The notes under the pieces are model-generated. The model did not search any database and was not told the DNA's origin. It saw only the letters and a program-made list of their open reading frames with translations. A stretch of 64,000 nt of DNA from the sequence record MF360958.1; one strand, written 5' to 3'. Positions 19,931-29,757 of the stretch are shown piece after piece; the first letter of the stretch is position 1; each line of letters opens with the position of its first letter. Made by a program: the position numbers and the translations under genes.

Positions 19931-20066
19931 ATTTAAACCTGTTCTTTAATCAATAAGATCTAAATAATACCATGATTTTCAGCCTCATTTCAATCTATAT
20001 TGACAAATACTAAAAATAGCATAAACTCAATGAGTTATATTAAAATTATTTTTGGAGAAAATATGT

Positions 20067-20720
20067 ATGAAAGATAATCCTCAAATAATAGGTTTGTTAG
20101 GTTTTAAAGGAGCAGGTAAAGATACAGTAGCAAAACTGCTCGCTGAATACAACTATTATCCTGTGTCTTTTGCAGAAAATTTAAAACGTGTCCTAGCTGT
20201 TATCTTTGGGTGGAACAAAGAAATGCTTGATGGATACACAGTTGAATCTCGTAATTGGCGAGATCAAGTAGACCATTGGTGGGCTGAGAAGCTAGGTATA
20301 CCAGACTTTACACCAAGAAAAGCAATGACAATGATTGGAACAGACCTATTTCGTAAATATTTCAGTGATCAAATTTGGATCATGTCGCTTCATAAAAAAA
20401 TTGATGATATTCATAAAAATCATAATTGCAACATTGTCATTACTGATATTCGATTTAAGAACGAATTTGAATACGTAAAGCAAATTGCAAATAAAACATA
20501 TCGAGTAGAGCGTTATCGTTATGATTGGGAGCATATTGGGTATAAAGCATCCTTGGGAGAACCAACATCAATTCAATATATGAATAATGTTTTAAAAGTC
20601 CATGAAACGGAGTGGGATTGGTTAAGTTGCGAATGGGATGACGTTATTGATAATACAAAAAATGATATGGGTCACCTTATGAATGAAATTGACACAAAAA
20701 TCATCCAAAACAATAAATAA
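20067..20720 (+). CDS. Deoxynucleoside monophosphate kinase (T4 gp1-like)
   Basis: IIGLLGFKGAGKDT, SFAENLK, TPRKAMTMIGTD, ITDIRFKNE, HETE; start moved to ATG 20067. Confidence 0.9.
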   Translation: MKDNPQIIGLLGFKGAGKDTVAKLLAEYNYYPVSFAENLKRVLAVIFGWNKEMLDGYTVESRNWRDQVDHWWAEKLGIPDFTPRKAMTMIGTDLFRKYFSDQIWIMSLHKKIDDIHKNHNCNIVITDIRFKNEFEYVKQIANKTYRVERYRYDWEHIGYKASLGEPTSIQYMNNVLKVHETEWDWLSCEWDDVIDNTKNDMGHLMNEIDTKIIQNNK

Positions 20721-20781
20721 TTGTACAGTTAAGATTTATAATACATATAAGAATTGAATCAAATTAAGGAGAAATAACGTA

Positions 20782-23649
20782 ATGGCTAATATATCCGCTC
20801 CCGGTGTTGAAGTACGTGTGATTAACGAATCAATCACTGTACCATCAAGTGGCGCTACTACTCCCCTAATAGTAGCAGCTACACACCGTAATAAACAAAA
20901 TCCTTCTGGCGCTATTGCCACTTCTACAACTGCTGACACAGCAGGTTCTGTAACACAAATTAATGGTCGCGGTGACCTTCTAGAATTTTTTGGGCGTCCA
21001 CATTTCGAAACTATTGGTGGTACAGTACGTCAAGGCTATGAAACTAACGAGTATGGTCTACATGCTGCATGGCAAGCTCTCGGTATTGCAAATACTGTTC
21101 ATGTACTAACAGCAGATGTAGATCTTGCAGAACTTAAACCTCAAAATTCTGAACCAACAAGACCTCCTGAATCAGGGACACATTGGCTTGATCTTAATAA
21201 TATTCAAGTAGGACTTTTTAAATGGAATAAAAATGCAAATTCTTGGGAAGAACAAGAAGTTGAAATTTTAAATGATAAACCCGGAAATGGTAATGTTCAA
21301 CCAATGGCTAATGGCATAGCAAATCCACGAAACAGTTATGGTCAAGATGGTGATTATGTAATTGTAACTTCCATAACTCCTATTGTAGTTTATGAAAAAC
21401 TAGGTGGTCAATGGCATATGCTAGGCTCTGAAACACATCCTAAAGATTTTCAATTTAATCCTCATACGCGAATTCCTAAACTACGTAGTGATGGTTCACC
21501 ATTAGAAGATGGGGACTTATTTGTAAAGACTACAGTGCCAAATAATGGTTCTTATTATGATGTTTCTACATATAATAGTGATAATGGTCAATTCATAACT
21601 AAAGATGCTCCATTATTTGTAATGAATGACGCAGCTACTGAATATTATGAAAATATAAATTCCTTAGAAGAAGGAATGATTTATGTTCAATTTGATAATG
21701 AAAATCATCTTAATCCAGATTTCAGCTATAATAAATCACGTCCACGTGAGTCTGATGGTGTAGCAGTATTTACTATTCGTCGGTATAATGGATATAGTAA
21801 TACAACTGCCGTGTCATCTTTGGATATCCCGGATATTGATCTAAATAATTATCCTACATCAAAAATTCTTATCAATGATGTGGAATTTACATTTGATATA
21901 TCTACATCTTCAGATGGCTCTGTAATTACCGCTAAAGATATTGGTCAAACTTTACAATCAAGTTCAGAACTTAAAAATCTTGGTATACGTGTAGAATTAA
22001 CATCTGAAAATAAACGTATTCGTTTAATTAATCGTAAAGGTCGTGATATTACAGTACAAAATGTTGGAAAAGTAAACGTAGATTGGGAACCAAATACAAT
22101 GTCTGACGTAGCTTCAGTATTAGGATTTGGTTATAATATAAATTCAGGGGAACAAATATTCCGTAAAACCAATTGGGAGCCATTAGAATACGAAGCTTCA
22201 TATAATGAGCCAGTTCGTAAGCCTGAACAAGGATCATTATGGTATAATAATGATTTACGTGCTGAACTATTAGAAAGTTATTATGATAGTAATGATGATA
22301 GTGTAAAATGGCGTACTCATTCTTGGTCTGAAGGTAATGGGTCAAACACAAATAATAATTTATGGATACGCGGTACTGAACCAAGTAATCCTAATGATGG
22401 TGATGTGTGGATTGATTCTTCTGATCTAGAGAATTATCCTATTATTCATCAGTATCGCGATGGTAATTGGGTAACTCTAGATAATACTGATCAAACAACA
22501 ACAGAAGGTGTTATTTTCAGCAACTATTCTGCACATCCACCTTTTGATGAGGACGGTAATGAACGTTCTGAAAGTGCGGTAAGAAGTGATCTTGTTCCTA
22601 ACCCTGAAAATTATCCTGAAGGTATTCTATTATTCAATATGGATTATTCTACAGGTAATGTTAAAGAATATCAGGACACAGGAGAATGGTTATCCGTTTC
22701 TGGAAATCGCCCTGATGGTTCTCCCTATATGGGTCGTAAAGCACAACGACGCATTGTAGTTCGTGCTATGAAACAAGCTTTACAGAATTCTAAAGCAGTA
22801 CGTGCTCGTGAACGTTACTTTAATATCTTCACTGCAACGGGTTATCCTGAGCTTTTACCTGATCTTAATAGTCTTAATCAACAGCGTAAACGTACTGGAT
22901 TTGTCATTGGTTCTTCACCAATGAGACTTGAAGATGATGGTAATGCTGTATATAATTGGGCTAATAATACAAATGATGCTTTAGAAAATGGTGAAGAAGG
23001 TCTTGTATCCATGGATAATATGAGCGCAGTTTGGGGCCTAGCAGGCTTCCAGAGTAATGCGGACGGCTTTAATGTAGCAGTACCCTCTGATGTTATGGCA
23101 CTACAAGTTCTTCTACAAAATGACCGTCAAGCATACCCATGGTTTGCACCAGCTGGTGATCGTCGTGGATTAATACCCAATACCACTAGTATTGGATTTG
23201 TAACTAATAGTTATCAATTTGAAGCAGCTGAAATGAATGACGGTCTTATTGAAACCATGTACGAAAATAACATCAATCCTATTTATGACGATGGTGGTAT
23301 TAAAGCTATGGGTCAAAAGACTCTAACCAATGTTTCAAGTGCTATGGATCGCATTAACGTGGCTCGCCTTGTTGCGTATCTACGCTATATGCTTCCACGT
23401 ATTACTCGTCCATTCATTTTCCAACCAAACGATTCTCAAACTCGTCAGGCTGCAACTAATGTGGTTGAAAAATTCCTAGCAGATATTGTTGAAAAACGTG
23501 GTATCTCAGACTTTGCAGTAGTATGTGATAGTTCAAACAATACCCCTGCAAGAATTGAGCAAAATGAGCTATGGATTGATGTAAGCATCAATCCAATCTA
23601 TAGTGTTGAGTTCATAGTCATTCCAGTGAGATTGCAAGGTGCAAGCTAA
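20782..23649 (+). CDS. Contractile tail sheath protein (T4 gp18-like, with insertion domains)
   Basis: SAPGVEVRVINES, YPWFAPAGDRRG, LYENNINPI, GQKTL, MDRINVARL, FIFQPND, VCDSSNNTP; late promoter 20712-20719. Confidence 0.95.
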   Translation: MANISAPGVEVRVINESITVPSSGATTPLIVAATHRNKQNPSGAIATSTTADTAGSVTQINGRGDLLEFFGRPHFETIGGTVRQGYETNEYGLHAAWQALGIANTVHVLTADVDLAELKPQNSEPTRPPESGTHWLDLNNIQVGLFKWNKNANSWEEQEVEILNDKPGNGNVQPMANGIANPRNSYGQDGDYVIVTSITPIVVYEKLGGQWHMLGSETHPKDFQFNPHTRIPKLRSDGSPLEDGDLFVKTTVPNNGSYYDVSTYNSDNGQFITKDAPLFVMNDAATEYYENINSLEEGMIYVQFDNENHLNPDFSYNKSRPRESDGVAVFTIRRYNGYSNTTAVSSLDIPDIDLNNYPTSKILINDVEFTFDISTSSDGSVITAKDIGQTLQSSSELKNLGIRVELTSENKRIRLINRKGRDITVQNVGKVNVDWEPNTMSDVASVLGFGYNINSGEQIFRKTNWEPLEYEASYNEPVRKPEQGSLWYNNDLRAELLESYYDSNDDSVKWRTHSWSEGNGSNTNNNLWIRGTEPSNPNDGDVWIDSSDLENYPIIHQYRDGNWVTLDNTDQTTTEGVIFSNYSAHPPFDEDGNERSESAVRSDLVPNPENYPEGILLFNMDYSTGNVKEYQDTGEWLSVSGNRPDGSPYMGRKAQRRIVVRAMKQALQNSKAVRARERYFNIFTATGYPELLPDLNSLNQQRKRTGFVIGSSPMRLEDDGNAVYNWANNTNDALENGEEGLVSMDNMSAVWGLAGFQSNADGFNVAVPSDVMALQVLLQNDRQAYPWFAPAGDRRGLIPNTTSIGFVTNSYQFEAAEMNDGLIETMYENNINPIYDDGGIKAMGQKTLTNVSSAMDRINVARLVAYLRYMLPRITRPFIFQPNDSQTRQAATNVVEKFLADIVEKRGISDFAVVCDSSNNTPARIEQNELWIDVSINPIYSVEFIVIPVRLQGAS

Positions 23650-23670
23650 TTAAAATATTAGAAGTAGTCC

Positions 23671-23698
23671 AAAAGCCCCTCAAATGAGGGGCTTTTTT
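23671..23698 (+). terminator. Intrinsic terminator
   Basis: GCCCCTC-AAAT-GAGGGGC plus T6; identical core at 29473-29490. Confidence 0.9.
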
Positions 23699-23764
23699 AT
23701 GTCTTTACATAAGTTAAGATTGTCATATTATTGAATAATATAGATAAGACTAATAGGAGGTAAA

Positions 23765-24049
23765 ATGCATATACCAATTATGATACTTAAAAGTAAAGAC
23801 ACAACAATTGAACTTTATATCCTCAATCCCGGTTCAATATTTAAAGAATTTTGTGGTAGTAAAAGCGGTCTTACAGTGTAAGAAACAGCAAGTTTAATTG
23901 TTCGTCGTTATTGTCATAAATCAGCACAAGTGTATGATTCTGAATATGATATTAATGATAATGAAATTTGGAATTCTATGGTTAAACTTATGAATAATGA
24001 GGATTATGTAGTAGAACGCGATTATAATTTATAAATGCAATGACCTGAT
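23765..24049 (+). pseudogene. 94-codon ORF interrupted by one in-frame TAA
   Basis: AGGAGG RBS, ATG 23765, TAA at 23879-23881, same frame continues to TGA 24047-24049. Confidence 0.6.
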
Positions 24050-24111
24050 TTGACTCAAAACATATTTGCATGATAGACTTGATAAAACTTGTATTAATTA
24101 TGGAGCAAATT

Positions 24112-24705
24112 ATGTATAAATCAATAGCATCTATTCAGTTCCCAGAATATCGTGGTGGTATTAATATCAATATGATGCCTATTGTTTTTGGGTATCCTGA
24201 AACATATCCTGAAACTATTAAAGGTTATATTCCTCTTATTAATCAATGCAATTTCAATATTGGTGAAATTTGTTACATTACGATCAGTGAAAGCTTTGTA
24301 CCTAAGGATCAGTCTCAGCGTCGTGGCGGTATTCATGTTGAAGCGCCTTATCTGAAATCATGGGGTGGTGGAACTTGGGGTGGTATGACCCGTGATAAAG
24401 GTATTTATATGGCTTCTACTGATGGTAATACCAATGTTTGGGATGAAATTGTAGGAGATCGTGACGAACATGGTGCCTGTGTCCCTTATGGAAATCCTGA
24501 AAAAATGACTCCTAATATTCTTTACTGGATGACTGACAAAACGCCACATCAAGCATTGCCTAGTGATCGTGATTGTTATCGTCAATTTTTTAGGTTAGTA
24601 TCAAGTGAAATTTCCATGTGGCTTTCAAAGCATAATACAAAAAATCCATACGGTGTTAAACCTACGTGTCCAGTTGTTGATATTGATAAGTTTGAGAAGG
24701 TATAA
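24112..24705 (+). CDS. 2OG-Fe(II) dioxygenase-like protein
   Basis: QRRGGIHVE (HxE), LYWMTDKTPHQALP (distal H), RQFFRL (2OG-binding R); start moved to ATG 24112. Confidence 0.55.
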   Translation: MYKSIASIQFPEYRGGININMMPIVFGYPETYPETIKGYIPLINQCNFNIGEICYITISESFVPKDQSQRRGGIHVEAPYLKSWGGGTWGGMTRDKGIYMASTDGNTNVWDEIVGDRDEHGACVPYGNPEKMTPNILYWMTDKTPHQALPSDRDCYRQFFRLVSSEISMWLSKHNTKNPYGVKPTCPVVDIDKFEKV

Positions 24706-24708
24706 AGC

Positions 24709-25326
24709 ATGAATTCTCAATTTTTATCTATATTAGAAAATGAAATAATAGAAAATCCAAAAAGTATACTTTTACATAAATCTTTATCAGGAGAATATTG
24801 GGATTTAGCAATACAATGTGATTATACTATATGGGATTATATGGAGAATCCATCATATGAGGTACTTGATTATTTGGTGGATATTTATCCATATCAAGTA
24901 GCGTGTAGGTTTAGTCATTTAATGGATGAGCAATTGTGTAAAAAAGCGGTATGTAATCATCCTGCTTCTATTAGTTTTATTGAAAATCCTAGTGAAGATT
25001 TACAAATTATGGCAGTTCAAAATAATTTGTATGCTATTGAAAATATTAGGGTAGATTTAACTGAAAAGGCAAGGTTTGAAGCTGTAAAACATCATCCTAG
25101 TTCTATTTTATCTATTAAGAATAAAAATATATCAATTGAATTAATGATGGTTGCGCTAGACCATTGTTGGGTGAAAAGTTTATACTTATTTTTAAAAAAT
25201 AAAATGAATATTGATTATCATGAACATGATGAGTTTAGAAAACAGTTCAATAAGTTATGGCTGAAAAATGGGCCATTATATAATGACATAAAATATAATA
25301 AATTTAATGGTGCAACTTGGGTATAA
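24709..25326 (+). CDS. DUF4116-like repeat protein (family A)
   Basis: ~24-aa repeats of I-x-(F/Y)-I-x-N-P-S-E-x-L-Q; C-terminal FRKQFNKLWLKNGP. Confidence 0.7.
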   Translation: MNSQFLSILENEIIENPKSILLHKSLSGEYWDLAIQCDYTIWDYMENPSYEVLDYLVDIYPYQVACRFSHLMDEQLCKKAVCNHPASISFIENPSEDLQIMAVQNNLYAIENIRVDLTEKARFEAVKHHPSSILSIKNKNISIELMMVALDHCWVKSLYLFLKNKMNIDYHEHDEFRKQFNKLWLKNGPLYNDIKYNKFNGATWV

Positions 25327-25331
25327 AAATT

Positions 25332-25946
25332 ATGGGAAAAATACGTGATATTGAATTAAATAGATTTCCTTATAAAATATTGGAAATAGAAAATCCTAGC
25401 ACGCATCAATGGTATCTTGCTTTGTGTAAAGAACCCTATTTGCTTGAATATAATCAAAATCCTAGTTTTGTATTGCTTGAAAGGATGTGTAAAGAAAAGC
25501 CTCATATAATGATTAGAGATTATCATCATCTATTATCTGAAGATCAAAAAATGACAGCAATATATCATAATCCGGTTATGATTAGTGCTATTGACAATCC
25601 TGATGAAAAAATTCAATTATATGCTGTAATGTTGTCTTCTTATGCTATAACCGGTATTAAAAATCCATCAGAGAAAATTTTGTTACAAGCTGTTAAACAT
25701 TGGCCTGATAGTATACTGCGTATTAAAAATAGAAACATTACTAAAGAAATGATATTAATTGCTTTAGAAAAGCGCTGGGATAAGAATTTTTTAGATAGGA
25801 TTGAGAAAAAACTAAGACTAAAACATATTCCAAAAGATCATTGGTTTAAATATGAATTGAAAAAACTTAAAGTAAAAAATGGTCCAATGAGTGATAATCA
25901 TGTTTATTACATAAAATATAAAAATGGTGGCGGAATTGACACATAA
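25332..25946 (+). CDS. DUF4116-like repeat protein (family A)
   Basis: IDNPDEKIQLYAV repeats; FKYELKKLKVKNGPM. Confidence 0.7.
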   Translation: MGKIRDIELNRFPYKILEIENPSTHQWYLALCKEPYLLEYNQNPSFVLLERMCKEKPHIMIRDYHHLLSEDQKMTAIYHNPVMISAIDNPDEKIQLYAVMLSSYAITGIKNPSEKILLQAVKHWPDSILRIKNRNITKEMILIALEKRWDKNFLDRIEKKLRLKHIPKDHWFKYELKKLKVKNGPMSDNHVYYIKYKNGGGIDT

Positions 25947-26442
25947 ATGGTATAATAAAGAAAAAGCAATTGATAAAGATAGGGTAGAAATTAATGGAGA
26001 TTATATAAAGAATTATAAAAATCCTAGTGAAAAATTACAACTAATTGCTGTTCAAGAGAATGGTTTAAGTATACGTTTTATCAAAAATCCTACTAAAAAA
26101 GTGAAATATAAAGCTGTAGAAAATCATGAAGCTGCTATTGGTTGGATTGATAATCCTAGTAAAGAGTTACAATTATATGCTATTAAACATTCAATATTAG
26201 CATTACAATGGATTAAAAATCCTTATTATTGTGTGAAATATAATGCAATATTACAAGATTGTTATGCAATTAAATATTTACAATCTCTTGAAGATGAATT
26301 ACAACTTTTAGCACTTCAGTATTGTCATAATAAAGATAAAAAAGATATCTATAATTTCATTATTCATTTTTACACACGTGATAATGAAGAACGATTTAAT
26401 CATCAAGTTAAAAAATTAAAACTAAAGTACGGGCCTTTTTAA
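25924..26442 (+). CDS. DUF4116-like repeat protein (family A)
   Basis: KNPSEKLQLIAVQENG repeats; FNHQVKKLKLKYGPF. Confidence 0.7.
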   Translation: MVAELTHKWYNKEKAIDKDRVEINGDYIKNYKNPSEKLQLIAVQENGLSIRFIKNPTKKVKYKAVENHEAAIGWIDNPSKELQLYAIKHSILALQWIKNPYYCVKYNAILQDCYAIKYLQSLEDELQLLALQYCHNKDKKDIYNFIIHFYTRDNEERFNHQVKKLKLKYGPF

Positions 26443-26499
26443 TGAATATATTTTAACAAGGATATAAAAAATTGCAATTAAAACATAGAGTTATAAATA

Positions 26500-26910
26500 A
26501 TGACAAAACCAATAATATCTAACAAAGATCTGAATTCAGTCATACATGAAACTTATAGAAAAATACCCCGAAGTGAAATTGTGGAAAATATTTTAGCTAA
26601 TCCATATAATATACAATACGTAGATGATCCTGATGAGCAATTACAAAATATCGCCGTATGTGATAATGGATATGCTATACAATTTATTAAAAATCCTTCA
26701 GAACAAATAATTATTGAAGCTATTGATAACGAACCGCAAAGTATAAAATATCTTGATTATCCTTCTGATAATATTCAATTAAGAGCTATTGAGCATATAT
26801 GGAGAATATCATTTTATGATATGATGATGAAAATATTTTCTCGGGATGATGAAGAAAAATTTAATCATGATATTAATAAAATGAAGATAAAGTACGGTCC
26901 AATGGGTTAA
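26500..26910 (+). CDS. DUF4116-like repeat protein (family A)
   Basis: IQFIKNPSEQIIIEAI repeats; FNHDINKMKIKYGPM. Confidence 0.7.
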   Translation: MTKPIISNKDLNSVIHETYRKIPRSEIVENILANPYNIQYVDDPDEQLQNIAVCDNGYAIQFIKNPSEQIIIEAIDNEPQSIKYLDYPSDNIQLRAIEHIWRISFYDMMMKIFSRDDEEKFNHDINKMKIKYGPMG

Positions 26911-26920
26911 TTAGGTAGAT

Positions 26921-27721
26921 ATGAGCACAACAAAAAATACTAATAAGAAAGTAACTAAGATCAGTGATTTTTATATTCAAGGTGATCGAATAGGATTTAG
27001 AAATAAACAAAAAGATAATGATACAATTGATTATCGTTTCATGGTTCAGATTAGATGGGAATCAAGCAGAGATTGCATGGGTAGAAATTGTGGGGATGGT
27101 CCTTGTCGATGTGAAGAAATTGAAGAAACATGGATTGAAGATGATCAAGCTGAATTATTTTCTGGTGTTTATCTAAGTGTTTTAAATGCTATCAAGACAA
27201 AAAATTTAACGACCAATCGTAAGGTAAAAGCTGATCAATTTTTAAACACTATTCATAAGTATTGTATTGAGCGTTTATGTGTTCATCATAATGTGCATAA
27301 TAAAGATCTGTATGATATTGATGTTGTAGGTGGTTATTACGGTCAGGAAATTGGTTCAGTAACCTTTGAGAATCAAAAAGAATTAAACGATGATATTTTA
27401 TACATTCTCAATACATGTAAGAATGATATCGAACGAATTAAATTTATATTGGAAAAAGAGTATGCGTATCTTTTAGACAGTATTGAAAATGTTACACAGT
27501 GTGATATAGAGTATTTTAATGTTAAAGATATTGCGAAAAATAGTATAGAACTAACACGTATTAAAAATAATGACAATGAATATTTTATTGAGCTTGATCC
27601 TAAAAGTATGCCTATAGGAATTATTCACAATAATGTTCTTATTGATGGTCATAATCGTACTAAAAAAATACTAGGGGATATTGACACAAATAAAGAATGT
27701 TGCTATATTGTACTAAGTTAA
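26921..27721 (+). CDS. Hypothetical protein with Cys cluster and ParB/Srx-like IDGHNR motif
   Basis: C-x4-C-x4-C-x-C; PIGIIHNNVLIDGHNR. Confidence 0.45.
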   Translation: MSTTKNTNKKVTKISDFYIQGDRIGFRNKQKDNDTIDYRFMVQIRWESSRDCMGRNCGDGPCRCEEIEETWIEDDQAELFSGVYLSVLNAIKTKNLTTNRKVKADQFLNTIHKYCIERLCVHHNVHNKDLYDIDVVGGYYGQEIGSVTFENQKELNDDILYILNTCKNDIERIKFILEKEYAYLLDSIENVTQCDIEYFNVKDIAKNSIELTRIKNNDNEYFIELDPKSMPIGIIHNNVLIDGHNRTKKILGDIDTNKECCYIVLS

Positions 27722-27738
27722 TTTAAAGGAGAAACACT

Positions 27739-27978
27739 ATGAGTTCTGGTGCAGAATTTCTTGTTGGTAATTATTACGAAGTTGTTGGCCTTGGAGTAAT
27801 GGATGGTGATGAAACATGCACTGCTACTTCCACACAACCTACAGGATATGTTCGTCATCCTGATTGGGATGAAATGATTCCTGTGAACCTCAACTACTTC
27901 GGGGAAGGTGAAGTTGGTGAGTTCGCCGTTTACCTTGGATACGACAAGAAAAGGCATAGTCTTTCCTACGAAATGTAA
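27739..27978 (+). CDS. Hypothetical protein
   Basis: 79 aa, AGGAG RBS. Confidence 0.7.
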   Translation: MSSGAEFLVGNYYEVVGLGVMDGDETCTATSTQPTGYVRHPDWDEMIPVNLNYFGEGEVGEFAVYLGYDKKRHSLSYEM

Positions 27979-28058
27979 ACATACCATTCTCCTATATTGT
28001 TCAAATAATATAAATACTATTAGAATAATTAACAGAATATTATAGGATAAAGTTTATA

Positions 28059-28799
28059 ATGAGTATTAAGTGGAATAATGTAAAACAACAAGGTCAATCC
28101 AAAGTAAAGAAAGCAAGCCCTACAGTCGATCTAGGTATTGGTCCTACCGAACTGATAGCGGGTGACATGCAAGCAGGATTTTTCGGAGAGGTTTTAGCTT
28201 CCGAACTATTCACCGGTCCTGAACTAGCTAGTGAAATCAATCTCACAGCAGGTATAGCTCAATATGACAATGAACCATGGCTAAAGTTTGCTTATAAGGG
28301 AGAGATCCTATATGTAGCTAAGAAACCTTACAGACACACCGTTTCTTGGGATGATATACAAGCAGTAGATGCGGTATATGGTGGAGAAAATGATGCGGAA
28401 GTAGGTAAGTCAGGCTATAATTTTAAAGTACGTTTACTAAAAGGTGCTAGTAACGATCCTACCAGTTGGGATGACTCGGGTACTGATGATGAAGGAGCTA
28501 GTAATTCAAGATATGATCCTGTTGAAAGTATTGGATCTGAATGGAATAATTTAATTTATAAAGTTCATGAGTACAGCCCTGTTAACCAAGAAGGTTCAAA
28601 TTGGGCAAATTATACTGATAGTGATATTGTAGTGGGTAGTGGAGATGGTAGAGTTACATGGTGTCAAGAAACACCTAGCTACGATACTTCAAGACGTGTT
28701 CACCGTGGTAATTCTTCCTTGTCTTACTTCATTACCCCTACCTCGTCTTATTCCCCTTCTATTTGCGGCTGGCGTCCATGCTTAACACTGATCACGTGA
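28059..28799 (+). CDS. Virion structural protein, C-type-lectin-like fold, with DGR variable-repeat-like C-terminus
   Basis: TATAAATA 28009-28016; GPTELIAGDMQAGFFGEV, WLKFAYKG, KVRLLKG, GSEWNNL, WCQE, RVxRG...GWRP motifs. Confidence 0.7.
   Translation: MSIKWNNVKQQGQSKVKKASPTVDLGIGPTELIAGDMQAGFFGEVLASELFTGPELASEINLTAGIAQYDNEPWLKFAYKGEILYVAKKPYRHTVSWDDIQAVDAVYGGENDAEVGKSGYNFKVRLLKGASNDPTSWDDSGTDDEGASNSRYDPVESIGSEWNNLIYKVHEYSPVNQEGSNWANYTDSDIVVGSGDGRVTWCQETPSYDTSRRVHRGNSSLSYFITPTSSYSPSICGWRPCLTLIT
28695..28778 (+). other. Putative DGR variable repeat (VR)
   Basis: Hand count: 10 A in 84 nt, about 49% G+C, 24 of 28 codons end in C/T; fits A-to-N decoding of an AAC/AAT-rich template. Confidence 0.6.
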
Positions 28800-28878
28800 T
28801 CGCTATCAAGCGCCGATTAAGTCCGAACGAAGGTGAGGATAGGCACTTCTTGCTAAACTTTACTATGTAATATTGTTA

Positions 28879-28905
28879 ATGGGTTAGGTTTTGAGCCTAA
28901 CCCAT
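28879..28905 (+). terminator. Hairpin terminator
   Basis: ATGGGTTAGG...CCTAACCCAT followed by CGTTTT. Confidence 0.7.
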
Positions 28906-28998
28906 CGTTTTATATAATAATTCTAAAAATAAAAGTTGAGTTTTATCCTTTAATATGCTATTATACTTAATATAATCAGCAATAAAGGATAAAACATT

Positions 28999-29466
28999 AT
29001 GACCACACGAAACCTTAACCGCCTTCTTTCAAAAGCTATTCGAATTGCTTCACAAGCACATGAAGAACAGCTTGATAAAGGTAATTCACCTTATATCCTG
29101 CATCCAATGCGCATCATGTTCCGTCTTAGAACAGACGACCCTGAACTTAACATGATTGCTATGCTTCATGATGTGATGGAAGATACTCAATGGACACTGG
29201 ATGATTTTATTAATGAAGGCTTCACTGATCGTGTTCTGAATGCTCTAAGGCTTCTTACACACAATAAAGATCATGTTGCCTATGAAGATTATATCGAAAA
29301 CATGTGCGATAATCTTGATGCTGTTAAAGTGAAAATGGGAGATCTCAAGGATAACTCAGATATCACACGGCTTAAAGGTGTGACTGATAAGGATATTGAA
29401 AGGATGAAGAAATACCATAAATCGTATCTTCGCCTTGACGAAGCTAAAGAAAAACTGGAAGGATAA
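28999..29466 (+). CDS. HD-domain (p)ppGpp hydrolase-like protein (Mesh1/SpoT-HD type)
   Basis: AHEEQLDK...PYILHP, AMLHDVMEDT, VKMGDLKDN. Confidence 0.8.
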   Translation: MTTRNLNRLLSKAIRIASQAHEEQLDKGNSPYILHPMRIMFRLRTDDPELNMIAMLHDVMEDTQWTLDDFINEGFTDRVLNALRLLTHNKDHVAYEDYIENMCDNLDAVKVKMGDLKDNSDITRLKGVTDKDIERMKKYHKSYLRLDEAKEKLEG

Positions 29467-29467
29467 T

Positions 29468-29496
29468 AAAAAGCCCCTCAAATGAGGGGCTTTTTT
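29468..29496. terminator. Bidirectional intrinsic terminator
   Basis: A5-GCCCCTC-AAAT-GAGGGGC-T6. Confidence 0.9.
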
Positions 29497-29501
29497 ATAG
29501 G

Positions 29502-29747
29502 TTATGAATTTAGTTCTGTGACATCAGCCTCTTGGGCACGAATGATCGTTGCGTATTTGAAATAATGTTTATATTTTTGATACACGTTATTAAAAGTCAT
29601 CACCTTACTTAAACCACCTTCATTGATTGCCATATTTGATCGATGGTATAAGCTAAAACCAATTCGTGACATTTCGCTTGAAAAATCTTCATGAACACGG
29701 TTTCGTGTTTCTTCATCTTTATATTCAAAGTAGATTAGTGTTTTCAT
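29502..29747 (-). CDS. Hypothetical protein
   Basis: 81 aa, AGGAG RBS. Confidence 0.7.
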   Translation of the reverse strand: MKTLIYFEYKDEETRNRVHEDFSSEMSRIGFSLYHRSNMAINEGGLSKVMTFNNVYQKYKHYFKYATIIRAQEADVTELNS

Positions 29748-29757
29748 ATATCAACTC

